A DNA stretch of 64,000 nt from Leucoraja erinacea (Eukaryota), in contig NC_073385.1 of assembly GCF_028641065.1 (NCBI RefSeq), positions 41,416,001-41,480,000 on the forward strand. The letters run 5' to 3'. The translations under genes were made by a program, and so were the position numbers. The notes under the pieces are model-generated. The model did no database searches. It saw only the letters and a list, made by a program, of their open reading frames with translations, and was not told where the DNA came from. How positions within the stretch are numbered: the first letter of the stretch is position 1; each line of letters begins with the position of its first letter. This document shows positions 1 through 11,739 of this stretch, piece by piece.

Positions 1-177
1 TTGGTGATCATTTTCTAATGTTCCCTCGACTCTTAATCAGTCCCTGTGGACTGCCGGGTAGCCAATGTAACCCAACTTTTTAAGAAAGGAGGGAGAGAGA
101 AAACTTGGAATGAAAGACCAGTTAGCCTTACATCGGTAGTGGGGAAGATGCTCGAGTCGATTGTTAAAGATGTTATT
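1..177 (+). mobile_element. CR1 LINE ORF2 fragment (5' part, interrupted by an L2 insertion)
   Basis: Translates to RVANVTQLFKKGGREK..RPVSLTSVVGKMLESIVKDV, a classic CR1 RT-proximal motif; the element resumes at about 4039 (VIAAHLESSDRI). Confidence 0.85.
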
Positions 178-1713
178 TATATAAAGTTGTTTATAAAAAT
201 AACTTTAAATGCAAGCAGTGCGCTGTATCATCCTCATTCTCCAGCTTCGAAGTTACTTTATTTGAGGTGGGTTGCTCTGACCCGGTGCTATGCGCTGTCA
301 TCTACCGACCCCCCAAATACAATAAGGACTTTGTGAATGACTTTTCTGATTTTCTGGCTGGGATCATGCCCAACTATGATCGTGTCCTTATGGTTGGGGA
401 TTTTAACATACATGTGTGCTGTCCTGATAAGCCGTTGGTGAAGGACTTTTTAAGCCTTATTGACTGTTTTAATTTTGTGCAGTGTGTGTCTGGTCCCACA
501 CACGAACATGGACATACACTAGACCTTGTTCTCTCTCATGGCTTGTCTGTGTTTAATTTAGAGATCTGTGACTGTGTGGTTTCTGACCATATGCCCGTAT
601 TATTTGATGTTGGTTTCTCCTGTGCTGCAGTTAAATCCGGCGCTCCTGCTCGGCGCTGTCGGACTTTTAACCCTTTTGCTGCCGGTCAGTTCTCTGCTGC
701 TTTCGACCAGCTCTGTGCCCCCTCCGATTCCACTTCTCTTGATACGGAGGAGCTCAGTTCTTGGTTTCACTCCTGCAGAACTATACTGGACTCTGTGGCT
801 CCATTAAAAACCTTGCAGCCTAGAACTAAACCCGAGCCCTAGTTCAGTGACGTAACTCGTACAGCTAGACGGGAGTGCCGCAAAGCTGAACGCAAGTGGA
901 AGAAGGACAAGCTGCAGGTTTCATTTCAAATCCTAAAGGACTGCTGGCGTCATTACCAGAACACTGTTAAAGAGGCCAAAAGAGAATACCTGTCAAACAT
1001 TATTGTGTCTAATCGTCACAACCCATGTGTGTTATTTAAAACCATTGACTCTGTTCTTAATGCCCCACAGCCTGTCTGTTTGGAAGCATCCTCTGAAATG
1101 TGCAATGACTTCCTGCACTTTTTCATTGACAAAGTTGTTACCATAAGGGCTCTCATTTCAGCTCCTGCCTCTGACCCCTCTGATTCTGTCCCATGCTTGG
1201 TGGTATTTGATAAGTTTGTGCCTGTGACATTGTCGCTTTTAGAGGATGTGGTTAGCCATATTAAGCCATCAGGTTCCCCTTGTGATGCTGTCCCTCCTCA
1301 TCTTTTTAAAGAGGTTTTCCCCAGTATAGGGCAGTCGGTTCTTGCCATTATTAACAGCAGTCTGTGTTCTGGAGTTGTCCCCGTAAGTTTTAAACATGCA
1401 GTAGTGCAACCCCTGCTTAAGAAACCTGGCCTGGATCAAACTGTATTGGCCAATTTTAGGCCCATCTCCAAGTTGCCTTTTATCTCTAAAATCTTGGAGA
1501 AAGTTGTTTATGCTCAGTTAAAACTTTTCCTGGACGAGCATAATATTCGGGAGGTTTTCCAGTCTGGGTTTAAAACTATGCATAGCACAGAGTCAGCATT
1601 GCTAAGGGTCTTTAATGACATCCTCCTAGCTAATGATTCTGGTGATTATGTGATTCTTGTCCTGCTGGACCTATCTGCTGCCTTTGATACAGTGGATCAT
1701 GATATTTTAGTAT

Positions 1714-1925
1714 TTAAGAGGGAACTGCAGATGCTGGAGAATCGAAGGTTACACAAAAAAGCTGGAGAAACTCAGCGGGTGCAGCAGCATCTATGGAGCA
1801 GGGGAAGTGTCTCCAGGGGAGCAGGGGAGCGTCTGAAGAAGGGTTTCGGCCCGAAACGTTGCCTATTTCCTTCGCTCCATAGATGCTGCTGCACCCGCTG
1901 AGTTTCTCCAGCTTTTTTGTGTAAC
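1714..1925. mobile_element. Penelope-terminus inverted-repeat insertion with 16-bp TSD
   Basis: TSD CATGATATTTTAGTAT at 1698-1713 and 1926-1941; the insert consists of two PLE terminal segments in opposite orientation. Confidence 0.8.
1833..1863 (+). ncRNA. Putative minimal type I hammerhead ribozyme in a Penelope terminus
   Basis: CTGAAGA-A-GGGT(TTCG)GCCC-GAAAC-GTT: CUGANGA and GAAA core boxes, hairpin stem II, palindromic AACGTT in place of stem III, NUH triplet. Stem I is weak. Confidence 0.6.
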
Positions 1926-2030
1926 CATGATATTTTAGTATCTCGGTTACAGCACCTAGTGGGCATTTGTAGTAGTGCCCTGGAATGGTTCTGTTCTTAT
2001 CTGGCAGACAGAACTATGTGTGTAAGCCTG

Positions 2031-3152
2031 GGGTTACACAGAAAAGCTGGAGAAACTCAGCGGGTGCAGCAGCATCTATGGAGCGAAGGAAATAGGCAAC
2101 GTTTCGGGCCGAAACCCTTCTTCAGACTGATCGGGGGTGGGGGTGGGTGGGGACAAGAAAGGGAAAAGGAGGAGTAGCCAGAAGGCTGGAGGGTGGGAGG
2201 AGACAGCAGGGAAGCTGAGGAAGGGGAGGAGACAGCAAGGACTAACAAAATTGGGAGAATTCGATGTTCATGCCCCTGTGCAGACTCCCCAAACGGAATA
2301 TGAGGTGCTGTTCCTCCTCCGGTGCTGCTCGCTGTGGCCATGGAGGAGACCCAGGACAGAGAGGTCGGACTGAGCCACCGGGAGGTCAGCTTGGTTATTG
2401 TGGACCGAGCGGAGGTGTTCGGCGAAACGATCGCCCAACCTCCGCTTGGTCTCACCGATATAGATCTGCTGGCATCTAGAGCAGCGGACGCAATAGATGA
2501 GGTTGGAAGAGATGCAGGTAAACCTCTGTCGCACCTGGAACGATTGTTGGGACGGAGATGGGGGGGGAGGTAAAGGGACAAGTGTTGCATCTCTTGCGGC
2601 CGCAAGGGAAAGTGCCCGGGGAGGGGGTGGACCGAGAGGGAAGGGAAGAATTGACAAGGGAGTTATGGAGGGAGCGGTCTTTGCGGAAGGCAGATATGGG
2701 GGGAGATGGGAAGATGTGGCGAGTAGTGGGGTCACGTTGGAGGTGGCGAAACTGACGGAGGATTATTTTTTGTATGTGACGGCTGGTGGGGTGAAAGGTG
2801 AGGACTAGGGGGACTCGGCCCTTGTTGCGAGTGCGGGGATGGGCAGAGAGAGCAGTGTTGCGGGGTATGGAAGAGACCCTGGTGCGAGCCTCATTTATGG
2901 TGGAGGAGGGGAACCCCCGTTCCCTGAATAGTGAGGACATTTCAGATGTCCTGGTGTGGAACGCCTCATCCGTGGAGCAGATGCGGCGTAGACGGAGGAA
3001 TTGGGAGTAGGGGATGGAGTCCTTACAGGAAGCAGGGTGGGAAGAAGTGTAGTCCAGATAGCCATGGGAGTCAGTGGGTTTATAGTGTATGTCGGTTAGA
3101 AGTCTATCACCTGCAATGGAGATAGTGAGGTCAAGGAATGGTAGGGAAGTGT
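2031..3152 (-). mobile_element. Penelope-like element (Neptune-type): RT C-terminus, Cys-rich linker, GIY-YIG, HHR-bearing terminus
   Basis: ORFs give MSSLFRERGFP..RVPLVLTFHP..FPCGRKRCNTC and FQVRQRFTCISSNLIYCVRCSRCQQIYIGETKRRLGDRFAEH; HHR-like motif at about 2096-2125 (-). Confidence 0.88.
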
Positions 3153-4038
3153 CTTGATGACATTAAATTCTGGATGGCCCTAAACTTTTTAAATTTTAAT
3201 GAAAAGAAAACAGAAGTGATAGTGTTTGGTCCCAATGGCTCCCGTGAATCTCCCCCTGTTGACTTGGGTCCCTTGGCACTGTATGTGAAGCCAACAGTTT
3301 TAAACCTGGGTTTTAAGATGGACAGTGATTTTACATTAGATCGTCAAATAGGCGCGGTAGTTAAGTCCAGCTTCTTTCATTTAAGGCAGCTGGCAAAGGT
3401 GAAGCCCATTCTTGAATGACAGCATTTTGAAACAGTAATCCATGCCTTCATCACGTCTCGGCTGGATTACTGTAACGCACTTTATTTTGGAGTTAGTCAA
3501 TCTTCCCTTGCACGTCTCCAGTTGGTTCAGAATGCTGCTGCTCGTCTTTTAACTGGCCTCCCTCCACTGGCTGCCTGTGTACTTTAGAGTTCATTTTAAG
3601 ATTATTTTATTTGTTTTTAAATCTTTAAATGGTCTCGCCCCGCCTTACCTCTCAGAGCTGCTTCATCCCTACGCTCCTGCTCGGTGCCTCAGGTCAGCTG
3701 ATCAACTGCTCCTGGAGGTACCGAGGTCTAAGCGGAAGCTCAGAGGGGATAGAGCCTTCTCTGTTGCTGCTCCGACATTATGGAACACTCTACCTTTGCA
3801 CATTAGACAGGCCCCTTCACTGTCCATTTTCAAAACTAGTCTTAAAACCCTTTTCTATTCCTTGGCTTTCGACCCTGCATGAGACTTTGCTCCTGTTTTA
3901 GTGTTTCTATTGTTTTTTTATTGTTTTTACTGTCTTTTAATGTTTTTATTTTGTTTTATGTTTATGATTAGTCATGTACAGCACTTTGTTGCAACAGTGG
4001 TTGTTTTTAAAGTGCTCTATAAATAAAGTTCAGTTCAG

Positions 4039-5170
4039 TTATAGCAGCGCATTTGGAAAGCAGTGACAGGATCAGTCAAAGTCAGCATGGATTTATGATG
4101 GGGAGGAAATCATGCTCGACTAATCTTCTGGAATCTTCAGGCAGTGAACAGTGGGGTGCCACAAGGCTCGGTGCTGGGACCCCAATTATTTACAATATAT
4201 ATTAACCATTTAGACGAGGGAATTAAATGTGAAATCTCCAAGTTTGCGAATTACACAAAGCTGAGTGGCACTATGAGCTGCGATGAGGATGCTATGAGGT
4301 TGCAGGGTGACTTGGATAGGTTGGAGGAGTGGGCAGATGCATGGCAGATGCAGTATAATGTGGATAAATGTGAGGTTATCCACTTTGGTGGCAAGAACAG
4401 GAAGACAGATTATTATCTGAATGGTATCAGATTAGGAAAATGGAGGTGCAACGAGACCTGGTGTGCTTATACATCAGTCACTGAAAGTAAGCATGCAGGT
4501 ACAACAGGCTGTGAAGAAAGCTAATGGCATGTTGGCCTTCATTGCGAGAGGATTTGAGTTTAGGAGCAGGGAGGCCCTACTGCAGTTGTACAGGGCCCGG
4601 TGAGACCGCACCTGGAGTATTATGTGCAATTTTAGTCACCTAATTTAAGGAAGGACATTATTGCTATAGAGGGAGTGCAGCGTAGGTTCACCATGTTAAT
4701 TCCCAGGATGGCAGGACTGACTTATGATGAAAGAATGGGTCAAATGGGCTTGAATTCGCTGGAATTTAGAAGGATGAGAGGATCTCTCGTAGAAACATAA
4801 AATTCTTAAAGAATTGGACTAGCTAGATGGAGGAAATATTTTCCCGATATTAGGGAAGTCCAGAACCAGGGATCACAGTTGAAGAATAAGGGGTTAATTC
4901 CAGACTGAGATGAGGAAAAACTTCTTCACCCAGATCGTTGTGAATCTGTGGAATTTCCTCCCACAGAATGCAGTGGAGGCCAATTCACTGGATGTTTTCA
5001 AGAGAGTTAGATTTAGCTCTTAGGGCTAAAGGTATCAAGGGATATGGGGAAAAAGCAGGAACGGGGTATTGATTTTAGATGATCAGCCATGATCATATTG
5101 AATGGTGGCGCTGGCTCGAGTGGCTGAATGGCCTACTCCTGCACTTATTTTTCTATGTTTCTATTTTAAT
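4039..5170 (+). mobile_element. CR1 LINE 3' portion (RT C-terminus and 3' UTR), internally deleted
   Basis: [48 protein letters not shown]; typical CR1 3' UTR (GAATGGCCTACTCCTGC...TTCTATGTTTCTAT). Confidence 0.88.
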
Positions 5171-5195
5171 ATGTTAAAAAAAAATTGTTTCTCAC

Positions 5196-5286
5196 TTGTC
5201 TCAACAGCTTTTCTATTGCTGACATCACCATGAGGCCACGCCAAACAATTGGTGCCGTTTCCTCTACCAGAAATCCCATCGACATG
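5196..5286 (-). CDS. NUBPL: NUBPL exon 6 (iron-sulfur cluster transfer protein Ind1)
   Basis: cag|C ATG TCG ATG GGA..: [30 protein letters not shown]|gtgag; 91 nt; WRG motif of the Mrp/NBP35 family. Confidence 0.95.
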
Positions 5287-5410
5287 CTGCCAAGAGAAGA
5301 CGAGCATAAATTCAAAATGTATTTAATAGCACTCATAGAAAATGTATTTTACTTGGAAAGAATACACTCCTACAAGGAAGATGGGATAACATTGATTGGA
5401 AAATGCTTAC

Positions 5411-5450
5411 CAATTAATTCCATAATTTACCAAAGGTATCATCAAGTTGC
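5411..5450 (-). CDS. NUBPL: NUBPL exon 5
   Basis: aag|GC AAC TTG ATG ATA CCT..: (S)NLMIPLVNYGIN(C)|gtaagc; 40 nt; phases match the neighbouring exons. Confidence 0.92.
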
Positions 5451-5654
5451 CTTTTAAAGGAAAAGGTACAATGATTATGTTATATGCAGAATATTAATCG
5501 TAAACCACATCTATAACCCTACCCACAAAGTGCAAACGTGTGTTCACAGCAATCTCAATACATTATGCAAGGGAGAAGTGAACACATATTTGCCAAGCAC
5601 AAAGGCCTTGGGGCAGGGTGTCCATGTCAAGGTGCTCCAAATTCAAGTAAACAC

Positions 5655-5850
5655 ACAGCATAAACTTCAAGACAGAAAGTGCTGGAGTAACTCGGAGGAT
5701 CAGGCAGCATCTCCGGAGAACATGGATAGGTGATGTTTTGGGTCGAAACCCTTCTTCAGACCGATTGTGGTGGCAAAGGAGGGTACGTGGGGGGAAGAAA
5801 GCTGAAAGAGAGGAGGGGCAGGATAGCAAGTGAAATGTTGGGGGGGGGGT

Positions 5851-5884
<34 letters not shown>

Positions 5885-5935
5885 GGTCGACAGATGTTTG
5901 GACAAAACCAAAAGATGAAAATGTATGAGACAAAT
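5655..5935 (-). mobile_element. Penelope 3'-terminal fragment with HHR-like motif and poly-G run
   Basis: Reverse strand reads CTGAAGAAGGGTTTCGACCCAAAACATCACC..GATGCTGCCTG..GAGTTACTCCAGCAC. Confidence 0.65.
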
Positions 5936-6376
5936 AAAAGAATTGTGAATTTAGGTGGAGGAGAGAAGAAATGGGTGTGTATCCAGGTGGGGAAAAGGGA
6001 AGATTTTAATTTAGGAGTTACTTTAGGATGTTTGACTTGGAAGAACCCATCATACTCCTGGGATGTGAAGGAAGGGATTTATGACATAATCAAAAGTTAT
6101 TTGCCAGAGACAACACGTAATCTGTCCTATTCTTATGCTGTATATGTCAGGTCCGCTTAAGGTTCTCCTCCATAGGGATGCTGAGTGATACTGACCACTG
6201 GGATGCCACCACTGACATGACACCGTATCTCCAGAATTCAGCTTTCTTGGTCATTTTTAAACAAAGTGATCATAAGGTCTTGAAAATAATGGACCCAGAT
6301 GGACACAAATTAAACTATCAATGAACATCTTATTGTTATGTAACTACCTTTCATGCTAATGACAGCCGGTCATTAA

Positions 6377-6675
6377 GGGCGGCATGGTGGAGCAGCGAAA
6401 GAGTTGCTGACACAGAGCCAGAGACTCGGTTTGATCTTGATTAAGGGTGCTGTGTGTATGGAGTTTGTACGATCTCGCCATGATCTGCGGATTTTCGCTG
6501 GGTGCCCCAGTTTCCTCCCACACTTCAAAGATGTACAGGTATGTAGGTTAATTGGCTTAGTAAAATTGTAAATTGCCCCGAGTGTGTGTTGGATAGTGTT
6601 AGTGTTCGGGGATCGATGGCGGACTTGGTGTGCCGAATGGCCTGTTTCCATGCTGTATCTCTAAACTAAACTAAT
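6377..6675 (+). mobile_element. tRNA-derived SINE (HE1/V-SINE-like)
   Basis: Degenerate A/B boxes (GGTGGAGCAGCG; GGTTTGATCTT), core TGTATGGAGTTTGTACG..CAGTTTCCTCCCACA, tail (CTAAA)n. Confidence 0.75.
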
Positions 6676-7122
6676 TACCTGGTAGCAACTTCATTGCTCA
6701 GATTTTCCAGAGATATTTCTTCTTTATGGGGTACCACTGTGCTGCCATATATTGTGACTGTCACTTATTGGAAAGGATGCAACCAGCTAATGACATCAGC
6801 ATGGTGCATCCTAAAACATATATAAAGTCAGGATTAATGTAGGATTAGAAATAAAAAACACCAGAAAACAATTTGGGTATTATTTGTATAATATTTTGAT
6901 GTTTTGTTACTTCCTTTCTAGAGGGTTCATTATTAAAGTTTTCCTGATATATTTATTTTCCTGATTAATTCCTACTTTCACAGAAATAAAAAGAAAACCA
7001 AAACATTGAGTTTGGTTTTGCTAGGGTTCTTATCCTTTTTAATGACATTGTTTTTTGATGTTCATTCCATCGTATAGTATGTACAGTATGTAGAATGTTT
7101 AAGTTGATGTTAAGAAACTTAC

Positions 7123-7207
7123 TGTCTGTTAAAGCTGGGGTTCCTTTCAAGTTCATCATGCGTGGGATAGAAGGACCATGCACATCTGCATCCAGCAGCC
7201 CCACATG
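7123..7207 (-). CDS. NUBPL: NUBPL exon 4
   Basis: aag|CAT GTG GGG..: HVGLLDADVHGPSIPRMMNLKGTPALTD|gtaagt; DxDxxGPS motif. Confidence 0.9.
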
Positions 7208-7846
7208 CTTAAGAGATCAAAAACATACTGAATTGGTCAACATTCTTGGATATATTCAACTCTAATGCCAATGCAACCAAGGGCAGTTTTGAAAAAAAAT
7301 TGTTAATTCCTCAAAAGGTACAATTAATTATGGAATACAACACTCCTATCAGTAATACCAAGAATGCCCTTTATTCTCATGGAGTCATGCACAAATATAT
7401 GCATCTCCTTATTTTAGATATTTACTTTTTCCTGAATGTTTCTATTTTTAAGGTTTGTAATGGTTTTGTTTAACCTTTTTCTGATGTGGCACATAGGCAT
7501 CGGGCTGTTATATACCCCAACTTCATGGACAATGGTCCTCATTCACTTAGCAATATGCTTCTATGGTCAAACTTGTACAGGTGCAAATCAGGCAAAAAAC
7601 GTTTATTTCTGTCTGGCAATGTGGTCATGAACCCTGGAAGTTGCAATTCGACAGTCCTCAATAACAGCCCATTCTCACGTTCCACATTATGTTTGAAAAT
7701 GACAGGGTTTACCAGTCATGTAAATACATTTTGCTGTAAAAAAATTGTTTTTAAATACAAGTTACAGTCTGGTGGCAATTTCCACACAAATATTTCACCT
7801 TACAATGCTTCAACAAAATTGTATATTTAAAGGAAAATCCACCTAC

Positions 7847-7881
7847 CGCTTCATAGGCTGCTAATCCCAGAGCCAAATTCA
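7847..7881 (-). CDS. NUBPL: NUBPL exon 3
   Basis: cag|TG AAT TTG GCT CTG..: VNLALGLAAYEA|gtaggt; 35 nt. Confidence 0.92.
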
Positions 7882-8385
7882 CTGAAATTCAGATAGACAC
7901 ATATGTTAGATTTTTATAAGATAGTTATATGTCAGAATTTCAAATAAACACAATGAGCATTATCCCCAACTCCACACTCCCTTTCTGCTTCCCACTTCAG
8001 ACAAAAAGAAAAATCTTACGGCCAATAAACCTCAAGTGCCTCTTTACTATTTTATTTTGCCCGTTTTACAAGTGATGACAGAATCAGAGCAGTGTGAATA
8101 TGTAAGAAGAAGAAACCTGACAAAGACTATGCTACAATTCATGTTTCATATCTGGAATAAATAAATCACAGTTCTATTTACCCTCAATTCTGTGAGCTTC
8201 AGAATTGTGGCAGATTTCTGTTAAGTTATTAAAAGTCTGTTCATCAAACCAATAGAAACACCGATTCTATTTATGCCGACTGCTTTATATTGTAATCTAC
8301 AGCAGGAAGAATACTATCCCCTTCAAAATTATGTAATTCATAAACTTTAGACTAAAAAGTAGTTAGCATTCAGTAAACATTATAC

Positions 8386-8533
8386 CTGCAGTGGTTGATT
8401 TTCCAACGCCTCCTTTCCCTGAAGCTACAACAATAACTTGTTTTACTCCAGGAATTGCTTTTTGCTTTGGGACTCCCCGAGCCATCAATCGTTTTTGTCT
8501 CTCTTGTACTGATTCAGGAGTAGAGCCTGAAGA
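8386..8533 (-). CDS. NUBPL: NUBPL exon 2 (deviant Walker A)
   Basis: ttttcag|[49 protein letters not shown]|gtataa; 148 nt; [10 protein letters not shown]-loop. Confidence 0.96.
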
Positions 8534-8989
8534 CTGAAAACAATATAAACACAAATAAGAGCATGCTGAAACAAAAGCTAAATTCAGGAATCCTGGAAAT
8601 CTGACAAAAAGCAGAAAATGCCGGAAATACTCAGCAGGTTATGCAGCATTTGTGGAGGAATAACAATAACTTTTCATCGGAACTGGGTAAGCTCTACTGA
8701 AGTCATGTTTTACCTGGCACGTCAAATTGTTTCAGATATTTTCTGACCTACTCTCGCTGAACGTACATCATACAGAAGCCACAGACAATGCTTAATCTAG
8801 AATGCATTGCATGGCAGTGTGTAATGACCAGTCGTTTGATGTGTGAAAAAACATCAGCTGTGGGAATTCAGCAGGTCAGGCAGCATCTCTGGAGGATATG
8901 GATACATGCCATTTTGTGTCGTAACTCTTCTTCAGCTAATTCTAGTAGGGATAAAAAAGCCTGACGAATGAAGGGTGGATACAGTTCAC

Positions 8990-9660
8990 AGGTTATAAGA
9001 GTAGAATTAGGCCATGCGGCCCATCGGGTCTACTCTGCCATTCAATCATGGCTGATCTCTGCCTCCTAATCCAATTTTCTTGCCTTCTCCCCATAACCCT
9101 TGACACCTGTTTTAATCAAGAATTTATCTATCTCTGTCTTAAAAATATCCACTGACGGCCTCCACAGCCCTCTATGGCAATGATCCACAGATTAACTAGC
9201 CTCTGACTAAAGAAATTCCTCCCTACGTCTTTTCTAAGAGGCTATGACCTCTGGTCCCAGACGATCCCACCAGTAGAAACATCATTTCCACATCCATTCT
9301 ATCTATAGTGCCCTCCATAATGTTTGGAACAAAGACCCATCTAAAAACCCATTTATTTGCCTCTGTACTGAATTTCATCTGCCACTTCTCTGCCCACTCT
9401 CCTAACGTGTCCAAGTCCTTCTGCAGTGGCACTGCCTGCCCCTCCACCTATCTTAGCATCATCTGCAAACTTGGCCACATCCCCTTATCCAAATCATTAA
9501 TATACAACGTGAAGAGAAGCGGTCCCATCACTGACCCTGGCGGAATTCCACTAGTCACTGGGAACCTGAAAAGGCGCCTTTTATTGCAACTCTTTGCCTT
9601 CTGCCATCCATCCATCCAGCCAACCCGCTATCCATGCTAGTATTTTTCCTTAAATACCAT
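8990..9660 (-). mobile_element. CR1 LINE 3' fragments
   Basis: Reverse strand LQKDLDTLGEWAEKWQMKF..TRGHSL plus CR1 3' UTR (CCATGATTGAATGGC). Confidence 0.75.
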
Positions 9661-10114
9661 AAGCAAGTTTGGTATTCCAAAAAACGCAAGGAATCATGGG
9701 ATTTGTCAAAGGTAATTTGTGATAAAGAAAAAGCGAACGGTGTATAAATTGTTAACTATGCCATCAATGAATTAATCTAGAATTTTGTCAACTCTATAGC
9801 TTCCTTTCTTGTTCTGCTGTTCACACACTACTTAGTCGCAGTTCCAGTTCAGTTCATTAATCTGCAATTATGAGATATTCAAATGTCAAAGAATTTATTA
9901 TTTTAATTTAATCCTTAATGTGTTTGTTACTGGAATAAGAAAATATTACTTGTGTTTAAAACATTTTCTTATCATTCATAATTTATGTGTAAAAATATAT
10001 TTAATCTGAGGAACGGGGGTGCCAGATAGCGGGAGAGTGGGATGTAACAGCGAGAGAGAGGGGGCAGATGCGTGTGGGAGACGATGAGAGACTGGACCAG
10101 CAGACATTCTCGGC

Positions 10115-10530
10115 AGCTGAGCTGCTGCATGTGTACAGACCCGCGTTTCATCCATAGTCAGGATCAAACCTGGGTCTCCGGTGCTGCAAGCGCAGTTGAA
10201 TTGCTACTGGACTGTCCCCTCCCGAGTGTCCCATCCCTGTCCGGAGATGTCCAGGGTGACCCTGGACTGACGGGACACCGGCCCGGAGCAGTAGCGGCCC
10301 CAGGCTTACAGCCAAGAAGCGCTGACTCCAGCTCAACTCTACTCCAACTCCCGAGGAACCCGTTCCCCGACGGGTGGGGGACCGTCAGCTGCACCTCTCG
10401 CCTTAGCTAGTGGCTGCCGGTTAACCCCCTCGGTGCCAGCGAAAGCCGAGCACCAGTCATCAACGGGGATACACACAAAATGCTGGAGTAACTCAGTGGG
10501 ACAGGCAGCATCTTTCAGGCATGATATTCA
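10115..10530 (-). repeat. Left arm of a diverged inverted duplication (partner 12012-12433)
   Basis: The reverse complement matches the right arm in colinear blocks, e.g. ATGACTGGTGCTCGGCTTT..GAGGGGGTTAACC, CAGGGATGGGACAC and GATCCTGAC..GGATGAAACGC.GGTCTGTA. Confidence 0.8.
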
Positions 10531-11565
10531 CCTTCAGAAAAAAAAGTAGGGAGCATTGGCCAGGGGGTCCAGGAGGCCGGCTAGACCCCCGGCAAGGTCC
10601 AGTGGGGGTTCAGGGGGCAAGTTTCTGCATTTTCAATAAATTGAAAGTGATCCCAAGGCTTTTTGCTGGTAGTTTACATAACAGAAGCAGATTTTTTCTA
10701 ATACATAACCAGTAAAATAACCCCCAAAAGATAAATATTTCATGAAATAAATGACTTCACACAGCTAAAAAAATCTTTACAAAAAATGTTACCTGAAATG
10801 TCACACAGAAAAGGTGATTGATTTACCTATGACATAAGTAACATTACCTTAACTTTAGTTTGCCTTCCTCTTTGCCTGACACTTTCTTTCTGTATTAAGC
10901 AAAACAAAAAGCGCTGCAGGAACTCAGGAAGCGAGTCAGGAAGCATCTCTGGATGGAATGGACAGGTGGCATTTCAGATTATGATCCTATAGCAGACCAA
11001 TTGTCCATTCCCTCCACAGATGCTGCCTGAAAGTCAATGGAGACACAAAAAACTACAGTTGCTGGAATTTTGAGTTGCTGGAGGAACTCAGCAGGTTGAC
11101 TCAGTTCAGAACTGACAATAAAGCAAACCTGCAGAATTCCTCCAGCACTTTGTGTTTTGCTCAAGATTCCAAAATCGGCAGTTCTTTGTCTCTCCATTGC
11201 ACCACTGTCGTTGATCATAAGTACTTTGGTTTTTGTACCATGATCTAGCTTACTTAGAATAACCAATAATTTACTGCTTCTCCTGCAGCAAGTAAAAAAA
11301 AATAATTGCAATTCTTGGCAGGGTTCCTTGGATTGCATTGCAATAAATCCATAAGCATTAAATTTCAGCCCATAGGCATTCCAACCCAAGATTTATTTAC
11401 ACTGCACACTGCAAGCATGGCACCATCCTCTCATCCCTAACAAAGTCAATATCAATGCGCCGTTCTGTCAGCCTTCCCCACAGCGGGTAGTCCGTTTAGT
11501 CCTTCTATGTGGCTGTAGACATCACTGGGGCCAGGAGCCATCCCTAGCCCGGCGCCATCACCCAC

Positions 11566-11634
11566 CGTGTTCGTCTTCAACACCATCTTATCCATCTTCT
11601 TGGCGATGCGCACGATCTCCTCCAACTTTCCCAT
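11566..11634 (-). pseudogene. Orphan first coding exon of a TFIIS (TCEA-family) gene inside NUBPL intron 1
   Basis: ATG..MGKLEEIVRIAKKMDKMVLKTNT|GTGGGT; closely resembles TCEA1/2/3 N-termini and ends at a phase-0 donor; no downstream TCEA exons were seen. Confidence 0.75.
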
Positions 11635-11739
11635 TAAGTCGTCGTTTTGTATTGTTGTTTTTGAGGGTGAGGGAGAGAGGGGATGTTGCAGAAGGAGAAC
11701 GTAATGGCTGCTCATATCAGCGGAGAGAGCACAGGCTTC

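Larger units (their letters stand above)
180..4040 (+). mobile_element. L2-clade LINE (APE endonuclease + RT), degenerate, interrupted by two Penelope-derived insertions
   Basis: IYRPPK..VGDFNIH..GHTLDLV..SDH (APE); NFRPISKLPFISKILEKVV..QSGF..STESAL..LLDLSAAFDTVDH (RT); C-terminal RVHFKIILFVFKSLNGLAPPYL..GDRAFS; 3' end AATAAA followed by (GTTCA)n. Confidence 0.85.

Noticed and set aside
5839-5882. Long poly-G runs (also about 26858, 44523 and 49315) as functional G4 elements
   Set aside because: They lie within TE remnants, and homopolymer lengths are unreliable in assemblies.
6377-6450. tRNA genes at SINE heads
   Set aside because: Degenerate A/B boxes continue into SINE body and tail; no cloverleaf.
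6690-6810. Possible extra NUBPL exon after a ttttag acceptor
   Set aside because: The frames checked contain stops and show no similarity; exons 4 and 5 already join in phase.
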